A DNA stretch of 64,000 nucleotides, from the IMG/VR virus record IMGVR_UViG_3300048999_000191; one strand, written 5' to 3'. The translations under genes and the position numbers were made by a program. Each line of letters begins with the position of its first letter. The first letter of the stretch is position 1. Source of the stretch: a virus. The notes beneath the pieces are model-generated. The model was not told the origin of the DNA. It was given only the letters and a program-made list of their open reading frames with translations, and searched no databases. Of this stretch, positions 9,920-17,795 are shown in pieces.

Positions 9920-10204
9920 CTAGGGGGTGTTGGCCTTGTACCACTCGGTTGACGGGCGCTCGTGCTTGTCGTCGATTGCCAGCACGGCCTCGGCCAGGTC
10001 GCGGGAGCTGCCGCTCTCCTCGATCTGCCACAGGATCTCGCGCTTGGCCACGCAGGTGACCTTGAGCGTGCGCTGGTCGCCGGAACCGGTGATCTTGCCC
10101 TTCACCTTGGCGCCGAGGGCCCTCTCCTTGACCTTGACGTCGGCCAGCCAGATCTTCAGCAGCGACCAGCTGAGCAGGTTGTTGATCTTATCCTGGAAAC
10201 TCAT
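9920..10204 (-). CDS. Hypothetical protein
   Basis: 94 aa, ATGA-coupled. Confidence 0.6.
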   Translation of the reverse strand: MSFQDKINNLLSWSLLKIWLADVKVKERALGAKVKGKITGSGDQRTLKVTCVAKREILWQIEESGSSRDLAEAVLAIDDKHERPSTEWYKANTP

Positions 10205-10476
10205 GAGCGGACCTTTCTCGGGATGGAGTCGACGATCTCGACGTTGATCATGTGCTTGTCGCGCAGGCCCAGATGGCGGGCCAGCGCGCGGGCGGCGGAC
10301 TCGTAGCGCGCCGCCCGGCCCGCCTCGATGCCGTTCTCGGCGAAGGCGATGTAGCTGTGACGGCCGGTCCGCCGGATCGAGCCGATGAGGTCGACGTCCG
10401 GGAACACGACGTGGGCTTCACCCCAGTCGATCAGTTCGACCAGGGCCAGGATGGGCGGCAGGAACGGGGTCGGCAT
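10201..10476 (-). CDS. Hypothetical protein
   Basis: 91 aa, RBS hairpin upstream. Confidence 0.65.
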   Translation of the reverse strand: MPTPFLPPILALVELIDWGEAHVVFPDVDLIGSIRRTGRHSYIAFAENGIEAGRAARYESAARALARHLGLRDKHMINVEIVDSIPRKVRS

Positions 10477-10515
10477 GGCGATCTCCTCCAGTGCGGGGAT
10501 TTTGGTCAGGTCAGC

Positions 10516-10779
10516 TCATGAGCAGCACTCGGCGACCCAGGAGTAGTCCGGGGGCGCGGGCTGGCGGATGAGCGTGCCGGGCGGGAAGCCCGTTCCGCAC
10601 TGCCCGCAGGTGCCCGGCCACTGAGCCGGGAACCAGCGCGGGTCGGTCGCCAGCAGCTTCGCGCGCAGGGCCCGGGTGTCGGCCTCGGACTGCTCCTCGA
10701 CGGTCTTGTTGTTGCCCCGGCAGTGCGCGCACCCGAGCGAGGGCATGTCGTACAGCTCGCACCACGGCTCGTTGATCAT
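10516..10779 (-). CDS. Cys-rich hypothetical protein
   Basis: MINEPWCELYDMPSLGCAHC...CGQC. Confidence 0.6.
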   Translation of the reverse strand: MINEPWCELYDMPSLGCAHCRGNNKTVEEQSEADTRALRAKLLATDPRWFPAQWPGTCGQCGTGFPPGTLIRQPAPPDYSWVAECCS

Positions 10780-11024
10780 GATTTCCTCCGGAGGGGGATG
10801 CCGTCGCCGGACGCCGACTTCGGGCCGATGGTGGGCAGCGGGGACCACTTGACCCATCGGAGACGGGGGTGGCGGGGCGTGTTCGGGCCGGAGACGACCC
10901 AGATCTGCTCGCAGCCCTCGCACTGCCAGCGCGTGCCCTCCGGCAGCTCAGGACGGAACCAGGGCGAGATCGACGGCAGCTTGCAAGGGTGGTCCGGCTT
11001 GCGCTCGGGTGGCAGGAAGCCCAT
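10776..11024 (-). CDS. Hypothetical protein
   Basis: MGFLPPERKPDHPC; coupled to neighbours. Confidence 0.5.
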   Translation of the reverse strand: MGFLPPERKPDHPCKLPSISPWFRPELPEGTRWQCEGCEQIWVVSGPNTPRHPRLRWVKWSPLPTIGPKSASGDGIPLRRKS

Positions 11025-11251
11025 CAGCGATCGCCTCGCAGGTCCCAGCCGTAAAAAGTACGGGCGTACTGCTCGCCGCCATCGACCTTGCCGGTGACGT
11101 TCGGCGCGATCCGGACGACGTTCTCCACGGCGTCCACCACGGGTCCCAGATCGGCCGGGTGGCGCGTGGTCAGGGTGATGACGACCTCGAACACCTCCGG
11201 CGCCTCCTCGGCGCTGTCCGGCAGCAGCTGGATGCCCTCCAGGTCGTCCAT
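11024..11251 (-). CDS. Hypothetical protein
   Basis: 75 aa, AGGAG RBS. Confidence 0.55.
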   Translation of the reverse strand: MDDLEGIQLLPDSAEEAPEVFEVVITLTTRHPADLGPVVDAVENVVRIAPNVTGKVDGGEQYARTFYGWDLRGDR

Positions 11252-11349
11252 CGCTACTCCTTTCGGGTGAATCGGCAGAAAGTCGTGGGGGTTGCATTAC
11301 TCAGCGCGCCTAAGACGGCATATGAACCGTCCGGGCGGCGGGCCTACAA

Positions 11350-11862
11350 CTAGCCGTAGAAGGCCGTGAGCATCCAGTGCGGCTTCTGCTCGACGGCCAG
11401 CTCCTCATCCCAGCGCTTGCTCGGGACCATGATCTTCGGCATTCCGAGCGCTCGGGCCGCGTTGAACAGCTTGGCGTCCCAACCCTCCTCGACCCGGCGC
11501 CGTTCCAGCTCAACGAGGTCGATCGTTGTCGGGTCGCTGCCGAGCCCCGTCTCATTCCAGGCGACCAGCAGGTGGCGGAAGTAGTCGTGGTTGCCGCTGC
11601 TGATCACCTGGACGCCCAGCTGGCTCCTGACCGCGCGCTTGCGGGTGAAGTAGCCGTCGTCCTCGTCGTCCGTCTCGGTGAAGCCCGCGTCGACCAGGAG
11701 CTTGTCCTCCACCCATTCGGCGAAATCGAACTCGTCCTCTTCGTCCTCGGTCAGCTCCGGCGGCCGCCACTGGCCGTAGTCCAGGTTGGGGAGGTTCCAG
11801 CCGTCCTCGTCGCCGCCGAGGTCGAAGCCGTAGGCCAGCTTCGCGGTCGATGACATTCCCAT
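11350..11862 (-). CDS. Acidic hypothetical protein
   Basis: 170 aa, high-GC codon usage. Confidence 0.65.
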   Translation of the reverse strand: MGMSSTAKLAYGFDLGGDEDGWNLPNLDYGQWRPPELTEDEEDEFDFAEWVEDKLLVDAGFTETDDEDDGYFTRKRAVRSQLGVQVISSGNHDYFRHLLVAWNETGLGSDPTTIDLVELERRRVEEGWDAKLFNAARALGMPKIMVPSKRWDEELAVEQKPHWMLTAFYG

Positions 11863-11877
11863 GATCGTTTCCCTTCG

Positions 11878-12264
11878 TCAGAAGAACATGACGGCCGTGA
11901 AGATCCCTGGCCCCTTGGCGTTGTCGCTCAGCTCCCAGACCATCCAGGCGTAGCCCTCCGGGTGATCGGGGCCGGTGGGGACGATCCGGCAGCGCCGCAC
12001 GCGCGCGCTCTTGATCTTTTCCCAGACCTCGTCGGCCAGGGCGGCGATGCCCTTCTCGGTGTCCGGCCACGCCGTCTCGTCCTCGACCTCGGGCTGACCG
12101 GCGTCGTAGGCCCAGCCGCCGATACGCTGGCCGTTCCAGTCCGAGTCGATAGCCTCTTCCAGCGCGAGCCGGTAGGCCTCACAAGGGTCGGTCACACCGC
12201 GCACCATGAAGCCGTCTTCGGCGAAGAAGTGCACGGCGACCTTGGACGCCTTACTTCCCGGCAT
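11878..12264 (-). CDS. Hypothetical protein
   Basis: 128 aa. Confidence 0.6.
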   Translation of the reverse strand: MPGSKASKVAVHFFAEDGFMVRGVTDPCEAYRLALEEAIDSDWNGQRIGGWAYDAGQPEVEDETAWPDTEKGIAALADEVWEKIKSARVRRCRIVPTGPDHPEGYAWMVWELSDNAKGPGIFTAVMFF

Positions 12265-13024
12265 CGGGCACCTCGTCTCCGAGCAGCCACTGTCGCGCGC
12301 CTGGGGTGCCGAAGTCCGGCGCCTCCTCGATGTCCCACCGGCGTCGCTGGGTCTCGGTGATGTGCTCCTGCTGGTCGCGCTTGTCGGTGTAGCGGACCTC
12401 CTCGATCTTCCAGCGCGGGACGATGATCGTGCCCCGCTTGAAACGCGGGTCCTCGTCGTTCCAGTTGATCCCCTTCTCCGACCGCAGCAGCTCCTGCATG
12501 CCTCCGGCGCTCAGCCCGTGCAGCCGTTTCGGGCTGAAGTGCGCCTGCGCGAGCATCGAGATCGAGTTGCGCGTGGCGTCGCGCTGACGCCAGAGGAAGT
12601 AGTTGATCACTTCCAGGTCGTCCGGGATCGTGAAAGTCCGGGCGTCGAAGAAGGCCAGGCGGCCCGCCGGGCGCAGTTTGTTGAACTGCGCCGTGGCCAT
12701 CGAGGAGGCCACCGAGACGATCTTCTGCACGTTGCCGTCGAACCACGCCTCGGTCTGGCGGGTGGCGAAGTCGGTGAGCAGGATGCTGATCTCGTCGGAC
12801 TGGGTGTAGCCCACCCGTGCCCCCTGGATCTCTTGGCAGAGGAACCGGGTGGTCTCGGCCATGTCGTCCATCAGCCGCTTGTCGTACGGCTTCTCCAGGC
12901 CCCTGGTGTAGGTGTGGAAGGCCTTACCGTCGAGCCGGATCAGGGTGTGCGTACGCCGAGGCAGGTGGGTCTGCGCCCGGCGCTCGTAGTGCCCCTTCAT
13001 CCGGTCACCCATGGGATCGTTCAT
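12251..13024 (-). CDS. thg1: tRNA(His) guanylyltransferase Thg1-like protein
   Basis: GDRMK.YE, IRLDGKAFHTYT, YTQSDEIS, FDGNVQK, FDAR, YFLWRQ.DATRNS, FKRG motifs. Confidence 0.93.
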   Translation of the reverse strand: MNDPMGDRMKGHYERRAQTHLPRRTHTLIRLDGKAFHTYTRGLEKPYDKRLMDDMAETTRFLCQEIQGARVGYTQSDEISILLTDFATRQTEAWFDGNVQKIVSVASSMATAQFNKLRPAGRLAFFDARTFTIPDDLEVINYFLWRQRDATRNSISMLAQAHFSPKRLHGLSAGGMQELLRSEKGINWNDEDPRFKRGTIIVPRWKIEEVRYTDKRDQQEHITETQRRRWDIEEAPDFGTPGARQWLLGDEVPDAGK

Positions 13025-13236
13025 CAGCCCTCCGCCGGATAGAGCGGAGTATCGAACCACCGCTGCATGGTCACCTCGTGCCCGTCGCTGTCGTCGAGGT
13101 GCTCGGGGATGCCGTACGGGAACTCCTGTGAGCTGTGCCGCATTCCGAAGGACTCGTGGAAGACGGCCGGTCGCTCGCAGACGTCGCACCATGGCGCGCG
13201 GTTGTAGCGCCGCATCAGCTCGCGGTCGCTGACCAT
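13024..13236 (-). CDS. Hypothetical protein
   Basis: 70 aa, coupled. Confidence 0.55.
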   Translation of the reverse strand: MVSDRELMRRYNRAPWCDVCERPAVFHESFGMRHSSQEFPYGIPEHLDDSDGHEVTMQRWFDTPLYPAEG

Positions 13237-13451
13237 CAGTCGTTCTCATCCTCGGGAAACATCTTGTCCCAGCACTTCGGGTGCGTGCCGGAGATCAGCG
13301 TCTCGCGCTGGTTCGGGGGCATCTGCGGCCAGACGTCCTGGATGAACTCGCCCGCCTGCCAGCGCCGGACCTCCTCAGCGTCCAGCGTGAACTCGCTCGT
13401 CTTCGAGCACTCGGGGCAGGCGGGCGTGGTGAAGGTGATCATGTTGCTCAT
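13236..13451 (-). CDS. Small Zn-finger-like phage protein
   Basis: CPEC...RETLISGTHPKCWD, recalled from actinophage small proteins. Confidence 0.7.
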   Translation of the reverse strand: MSNMITFTTPACPECSKTSEFTLDAEEVRRWQAGEFIQDVWPQMPPNQRETLISGTHPKCWDKMFPEDEND

Positions 13452-13894
13452 CAGTCCTCCGTGGACTCGTTGAAGTCGGTCTCCAGCAGCGTGAAGTCCT
13501 GGCGGCGGAACTCGCCGATGTCCGTCGGCCCGCCGCTGGTCATGATGGTGACGAAGAAGAGCCGCTGATCGCGCCAGCGGTTGACCTCGTGGAACGTGCT
13601 GATTCGGCCGACCACGTTCGCCTCGTGCAGCCGGACGTGGTCGCCCTGCTCGACGTCCGTACCGGTATAGGCCGGGGAGCCGGGCACCTGGCCGACGATC
13701 TCGGAGTGCTGGGCAATGCCATCACCGAGCCGGACGCCGATGTTGCCGGGCGAGGTCGACCAGAGGCAGGTCCACTCGGTGTCCGGCAGCTGATCGTCCG
13801 GGTAGGTCGGCTGCATCCGGACCCAGATCGTGTAGCCCGGCGCCTCGCCGTCGTCGTGGTGGTCCTCGCGGCGGACCGTGCCGATGGGATCCAT
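13451..13894 (-). CDS. Hypothetical protein
   Basis: Start MDPIGTVRR fixed by RBS hairpin. Confidence 0.65.
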   Translation of the reverse strand: MDPIGTVRREDHHDDGEAPGYTIWVRMQPTYPDDQLPDTEWTCLWSTSPGNIGVRLGDGIAQHSEIVGQVPGSPAYTGTDVEQGDHVRLHEANVVGRISTFHEVNRWRDQRLFFVTIMTSGGPTDIGEFRRQDFTLLETDFNESTED

Positions 13895-13931
13895 GCTCGC
13901 CTCCAGTGCGGCTCGTGATGTACTTCTGATA

Positions 13932-13947
13932 CTACCTGATCGGGTAG
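13932..13947 (-). promoter_or_regulatory. Palindromic operator in promoter
   Basis: ctacctgatcgggtag. Confidence 0.8.
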
Positions 13948-13956
13948 TGTGCAGCA

Positions 13957-13986
13957 AGGGCCGGGAGGCGCGAACCTCCCGGCCCT
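13957..13986 (-). terminator. Intrinsic terminator-like hairpin
   Basis: AGGGCCGGGAGG/CCTCCCGGCCCT just after stop at 13992. Confidence 0.7.
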
Positions 13987-13991
13987 GGCGG

Positions 13992-14729
13992 CTACACCTC
14001 GCCGACCTCGCCGATCGTGGAGACCATCCTGCCGGTACCCAGCGACTGCTGGAGCTGGGTCAGGACGGAACTCCGCTTGCGCTGGACGATCGCGGTCCGC
14101 AGGGTCTCGGTCATCCCGAGCAGCGCATCCAGCCGGACCTCATCGACCGCCGAGAGCGCTTCGTGCACCCGCTCCAGGTCCGGCTCGGAGGCGTGCGGGT
14201 CCATGGTCACGAAGGCCTCATAGGCCGCGTCCGCCGCCTCGGCGACCGGCGAGATGGGCTCCTCGACCCTCTCTTCGCCGAAGGACAGCGAGAAGGCTCC
14301 GACCCCGCCGGGGAACTGCATGGTCTGGCCCGGGGTGATCGGCCAGGTCTCGCCGGTGGCGTCGTGCCAGCGCACCACCGGCGCCCGGCCGGGAGTGGCC
14401 ACGAACGGCGTGACGAGCTGCACCAGCTCGTCCACCAGCTCCTTTCGCTCTCCCATCCCCAGCGTGCCGGGGACCGCGTTCTCCAGCCGCAGCCGCAGGT
14501 CCTCCAGCTGGAGGTTCCGCTCCTCCATCGCCTGCCGGAGGTAGATCGAGAGGTCCAGGGACTCCTCGTAGGCGTCGCGCAGCGCGTCGCGGCCGTTGTC
14601 GACCTGGAGCGGCGTGCCGTACCGCTCGGTGCCGAGCGCCTTGCGATCCTGGTGGTCCTGGGACACCAGGTCGTGGATGTGGACGCTGTCGTTCGGCGTC
14701 GGCCGCTGCTGCTCTTCGTGTTCGGTCAC
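13992..14729 (-). CDS. MazG-like / dNTP pyrophosphohydrolase-fold protein with C-terminal extension
   Basis: R...G.ERYGTPL...NGRDALRDAYEESLDL.IYLRQ. Confidence 0.65.
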   Translation of the reverse strand: MTEHEEQQRPTPNDSVHIHDLVSQDHQDRKALGTERYGTPLQVDNGRDALRDAYEESLDLSIYLRQAMEERNLQLEDLRLRLENAVPGTLGMGERKELVDELVQLVTPFVATPGRAPVVRWHDATGETWPITPGQTMQFPGGVGAFSLSFGEERVEEPISPVAEAADAAYEAFVTMDPHASEPDLERVHEALSAVDEVRLDALLGMTETLRTAIVQRKRSSVLTQLQQSLGTGRMVSTIGEVGEV

Positions 14730-15049
14730 GCGTGCTCCTCGGTGGAAAGGTTGATGCGGTGTGGGATCTCGGACAGGGTCTCGAACTGCTCCCAGTCGTA
14801 CAGGCCCTGCGGCGCATGGCCCTCGATGGCCCACTTGCGCAGACCACCCTCGCCGTCCACGCCGTCCGGACCCCAATAACCGAAGTCGCCGGTGCGCTTG
14901 AGCACGAGCACGGGGTCGCCGTTCTCGCACCATATCCGCGCCTCGACGGCGTCCGGCTCGGCCATGTACTCGCCGGTACAATTTCGGCCATCTTCGGCGA
15001 TCAGCGCCCAGCTGTAGCCGCTGGGCAGCGCGGGCAGGAAATCAGTCAT
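14726..15049 (-). CDS. Hypothetical protein
   Basis: MTDFLPALPSG; coupled. Confidence 0.6.
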   Translation of the reverse strand: MTDFLPALPSGYSWALIAEDGRNCTGEYMAEPDAVEARIWCENGDPVLVLKRTGDFGYWGPDGVDGEGGLRKWAIEGHAPQGLYDWEQFETLSEIPHRINLSTEEHA

Positions 15050-15756
15050 CAGGCCTCCAGGCGCTGGTGGACGGCGAGGTAATCGTGGATCCCGGCCCAC
15101 TGCGGGATGCCCACGGTGGCGATCTCCTTGAAGAGCGCCGAGCCCGGCTCGCAGGTGCAGCCATCGGCGCCCCAGCAGAAGCAGCTGTCCTGGCCGAGCA
15201 GCTGGTGGAAACGACCGTCGCCGGTGCAGCCGCCGGAGCCCTCGCCGACGTAGATGACCTTCTCGCCCTCGAACAACTCGATCATCTTGTGCGACCAGGC
15301 CGCGTCGTACTCCGGCCAGACGGTCAGCAGCGTGCGGTCGGAGTGACCGATCACGGCGGTGTGATCGCCCAGCAGGACCTCGGCCCAAGCACCCTCGTGC
15401 CAGTCCGAGACGTGCGGCGCCGGGTCGTAGGCGATGACGTCCACGCCGCGATCACGCAGCATCTTCGTCCAGTAGCCGCCACCCGCGCCGATCTCCACCA
15501 CACCGCGCGGCGAGTGGTCGGCAATCGCGGTCAGGGCCTTCTCGTTCGGGACGGCCCAGGCGAACTTCTTGCAGGGCTCGTCGACCGACGCCGTGCTGCC
15601 GGTGCACTTGCAGGTCGACCAGCGCGCCGGACGCTCGTCGTCGAAGCTCAGCTTGCGGGCCTGCTCGCACACCTTCTCGTGGTGCAGGCGGCGCTCGTAG
15701 AAGTCGAGGTACGGGTTCATGATCAGCTCCCCAGTTTCTTGGTCAGGACGCCTCAT
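15049..15756 (-). CDS. Class I SAM-dependent methyltransferase-like protein
   Basis: FAWAVP, VVEIGAGGGYW, VIAYD, LLTVWP, IYVGE.SGGCTG. Confidence 0.7.
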   Translation of the reverse strand: MRRPDQETGELIMNPYLDFYERRLHHEKVCEQARKLSFDDERPARWSTCKCTGSTASVDEPCKKFAWAVPNEKALTAIADHSPRGVVEIGAGGGYWTKMLRDRGVDVIAYDPAPHVSDWHEGAWAEVLLGDHTAVIGHSDRTLLTVWPEYDAAWSHKMIELFEGEKVIYVGEGSGGCTGDGRFHQLLGQDSCFCWGADGCTCEPGSALFKEIATVGIPQWAGIHDYLAVHQRLEA

Positions 15757-15878
15757 CACGCCCATCCCCGGCCCGCGTGCTTGCGGGTGCGGCGGTAGGC
15801 CTTCTTGTTGCGATGCGGGCTGGCGGCCGAGCTGCGGTGCAGCTCCTGTACCTGCTGGATCTTCGTCTTCGCGGACAT
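15756..15878 (-). CDS. Small basic protein (40 aa)
   Basis: MSAKTKIQQVQELHRSSAASPHRNKKAYRRTRKHAGRGWA; follows promoter and RBS hairpin; TGATG-coupled. Confidence 0.7.
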   Translation of the reverse strand: MSAKTKIQQVQELHRSSAASPHRNKKAYRRTRKHAGRGWA

Positions 15879-15914
15879 CGGGACCTCCGGTGCGGTCAAC
15901 GTGATACGCCCACC

Positions 15915-15930
15915 CTACCTGAATGGGTAG
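15915..15930 (-). promoter_or_regulatory. Palindromic operator in promoter (extended IR 15907-15938)
   Basis: cgcccacc-ctacctgaatgggtag-ggtgggcg. Confidence 0.85.
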
Positions 15931-15952
15931 GGTGGGCGCAAGAGGGCGCTGG

Positions 15953-16255
15953 TCAGCGTGGCGGGACCAGGTCCTTCAGGTGATCCGGTATGCGCTTCCC
16001 CTCCCGGAAGCTCCAGAGCCGGACGGAGTCCAGGGCCACAGCCAGCATGGTGATGTTGCCGAGGATGAAGCCGGTGTCGGTCGCCGTGGTGATGCTGTGG
16101 ACGATGAAGACCAGCTGGGCGACTGCGAGGATCCACCAGCCCGCGATCTTGCCGCGCCGGGTGAACAGCACCGAGGTCACGTTGCCGATCGAGACGATCC
16201 AGGGGAACGGGTGATGCAGTGGGTTCAGATCGATGGATAGGTGAATCCAGGACAT
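15953..16255 (-). CDS. Small PnuC-like membrane protein
   Basis: Three hydrophobic segments; RRGKIAGWWIL..AQLVF pattern. Confidence 0.55.
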   Translation of the reverse strand: MSWIHLSIDLNPLHHPFPWIVSIGNVTSVLFTRRGKIAGWWILAVAQLVFIVHSITTATDTGFILGNITMLAVALDSVRLWSFREGKRIPDHLKDLVPPR

Positions 16256-16367
16256 GATCGCCTCCAGTGCGGGGAATTGTCGACTGAACCTACCACCGAG
16301 GTGACAGAACGTGGACAAAAGATCACGCCCCCGGGCAGGGAGGTCCCGGGGGCGTGAAGTTCGCAGG

Positions 16368-16685
16368 TCAGCGACCGAGCAGCAGGTCCATCGTCCGCGA
16401 CTTGATCGTGGCACTCAGCTCCAGCATCTCGACGTCGGAGAGCATGCCGACCGCCTCGGCGATCGCGGCCACCTTGTTGCCGCCGAGGTCGTACTGGCCC
16501 ACCCGGACGGCCGCCTGATGGGCGTCCCACTCCGCACGGTCGAAGATGAGGATCGGGCTGGCTTCGCCGAGCTTGCCGTCCCGGACGGCGATCTCGTCCT
16601 GGTCGGCCTGGCTCAGGTCCACCTCGACGCAGTTGTCGCCCTTCTCGCTGCATCTGCCGGGCTTCTGCCACTGACGTTCGATCAT
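16368..16685 (-). CDS. DUF397 (BldB/Scr2-like) domain protein
   Basis: WQK..CS....NCVEV...IAVRDGK....PILIF...EW.A....VR.GQYD. Confidence 0.85.
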   Translation of the reverse strand: MIERQWQKPGRCSEKGDNCVEVDLSQADQDEIAVRDGKLGEASPILIFDRAEWDAHQAAVRVGQYDLGGNKVAAIAEAVGMLSDVEMLELSATIKSRTMDLLLGR

Positions 16686-16773
16686 GTGGTGCTCCTTCAG
16701 TGTGGTGCCCTCACCGCCCAGGTGCGGCAGGGGAGCGCTCGGGTGATCAATGAGGGAACAAGCGACCCCGTCC

Positions 16774-16866
16774 GGCGACATCCACCGGCTCTACGCCCCG
16801 AGCGCGAGTGAGGTTCGAGCCCGCGCGCTTCCCCGCAGGGGCTGGAGTCGGGTCTGGTGGGACGCC
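16774..16866 (+). ncRNA. Putative structured RNA with T-loop-like apex
   Basis: Long imperfect stem with G-U pairs on + strand; GGTTCGAGCC near apex. Confidence 0.35.
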
Positions 16867-16949
16867 TATCACCGTCAGCGCCACGACGTCGTCCAGCTGG
16901 TCATCTCAGTTCGTAGGGAATATTACTTTGAACCGTGTAGCCTGGCAAT

Positions 16950-17354
16950 ATGCCATACGCAAACCCCGCCCAGCAGCGAGAGTATCAGCGCCATTGGATG
17001 GCTCAGCGCCGGACCGAGTGGATCTCTGAGCATGGCCCTTGCTGTTTTTGCGGTTCGGATGTGGGCCTTGAAGTTGACCACATCGACCGAGCCACCAAGG
17101 TGGACCATCGGATCTGGAGCTGGTCTGCCGCTCGTCGCCAGATCGAGTTGGCAAAGTGCCAGGTACTTTGTGGTGTCTGTCATCTTCGGAAAACGCGCGA
17201 AGAACAATCTCTAAAAAATTATCACGGAACCTGCACTGGATATAGAAAGTACAAATGTCGTTGCGATCTATGCAAGGCAGCTCATGCTGCCTACTTTCGC
17301 GACTGGCGCAGCCGCAAAAAGGGATCTGACGGCCCCAGGTTGCCTAGGACCTGA
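16950..17354 (+). CDS. HNH endonuclease, probably homing type
   Basis: CCFC...LEVDHID...CQVLCGVCH..KT plus HGT.TGY...KCRCDLC; lower GC; opposite strand; next to tRNA. Confidence 0.85.
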   Translation: MPYANPAQQREYQRHWMAQRRTEWISEHGPCCFCGSDVGLEVDHIDRATKVDHRIWSWSAARRQIELAKCQVLCGVCHLRKTREEQSLKNYHGTCTGYRKYKCRCDLCKAAHAAYFRDWRSRKKGSDGPRLPRT

Positions 17355-17418
17355 GACCGCCACTGTCCTCACGGATACAGCATCTCGCGACCCACCAAGA
17401 GTGCACCGAATCAGATCC
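17316..17418 (-). ncRNA. Putative multi-branched structured RNA downstream of tRNA
   Basis: Terminal stem GGATCTGA/TCAGATCC, inner hairpins (one GUGA tetraloop), followed by T5. Confidence 0.45.
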
Positions 17419-17446
17419 GGGAGAGCGTGGCTGACTGTCGAGATCG

Positions 17447-17519
17447 TGGACCCGGGTGGACTCGAACCACCGACCTCTCCCGTTTCGGGGGAGCGCTCTG
17501 CCATCTGAGCTACAAATCC
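17447..17519 (-). tRNA. tRNA-Phe(GAA), atypical
   Basis: GGATTTG TA GCTC AGATGGCA GAGC G CTCCC CCGAAAC GGGAG AGGTC GGTGG TTCGAGT CCACC CGGGTCC A; no encoded CCA. Confidence 0.85.
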
Positions 17520-17559
17520 GGGTGGTGCTCCGACGACCCGCGCCAGAGCACCCTTGAGG

Positions 17560-17640
17560 CTACAGCCCCGTTTCGATGTCCTTCTTCCACGCGTCGATCA
17601 TGTCGTCGAGCTTGTCCTTCAGGCTGATCTCGAACCCCAT
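17560..17640 (-). CDS. Micro-protein (26 aa)
   Basis: MGFEISLKDKLDDMIDAWKKDIETGL after RBS hairpin 17647-17662. Confidence 0.55.
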   Translation of the reverse strand: MGFEISLKDKLDDMIDAWKKDIETGL

Positions 17641-17758
17641 AGGGGTCACCTCCAGTGCGGTGTGTGGTCTCGTGGCCGGGGGCCTGCTCCTGAGTCGGTG
17701 CGGGCCCCCGATCCGTTACGAGGGTGCGGGGTCTTGCTCTCCGCTGTCCTGATTAACA

Positions 17759-17774
17759 CTACCCGACTGGGCAG
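17759..17774 (-). promoter_or_regulatory. Palindromic operator in promoter upstream of micro-ORF and tRNA
   Basis: ctacccgactgggcag. Confidence 0.7.
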
Positions 17775-17795
17775 TGTCGCGCAAGGGGTAGACCA

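Noticed and set aside
12251-13249. Upstream-extended starts from the ORF track (also 13957, 14981, 21408, 38152, 50245 and others)
   Set aside because: Extensions overlap other genes or promoters; shorter starts have an RBS or stop-start coupling
17316-17418. Second tRNA (e.g. tRNA-Sec), SRP RNA or tmRNA
   Set aside because: No TTCRA T-loop, anticodon arm, SRP internal loop or tag ORF recognisable
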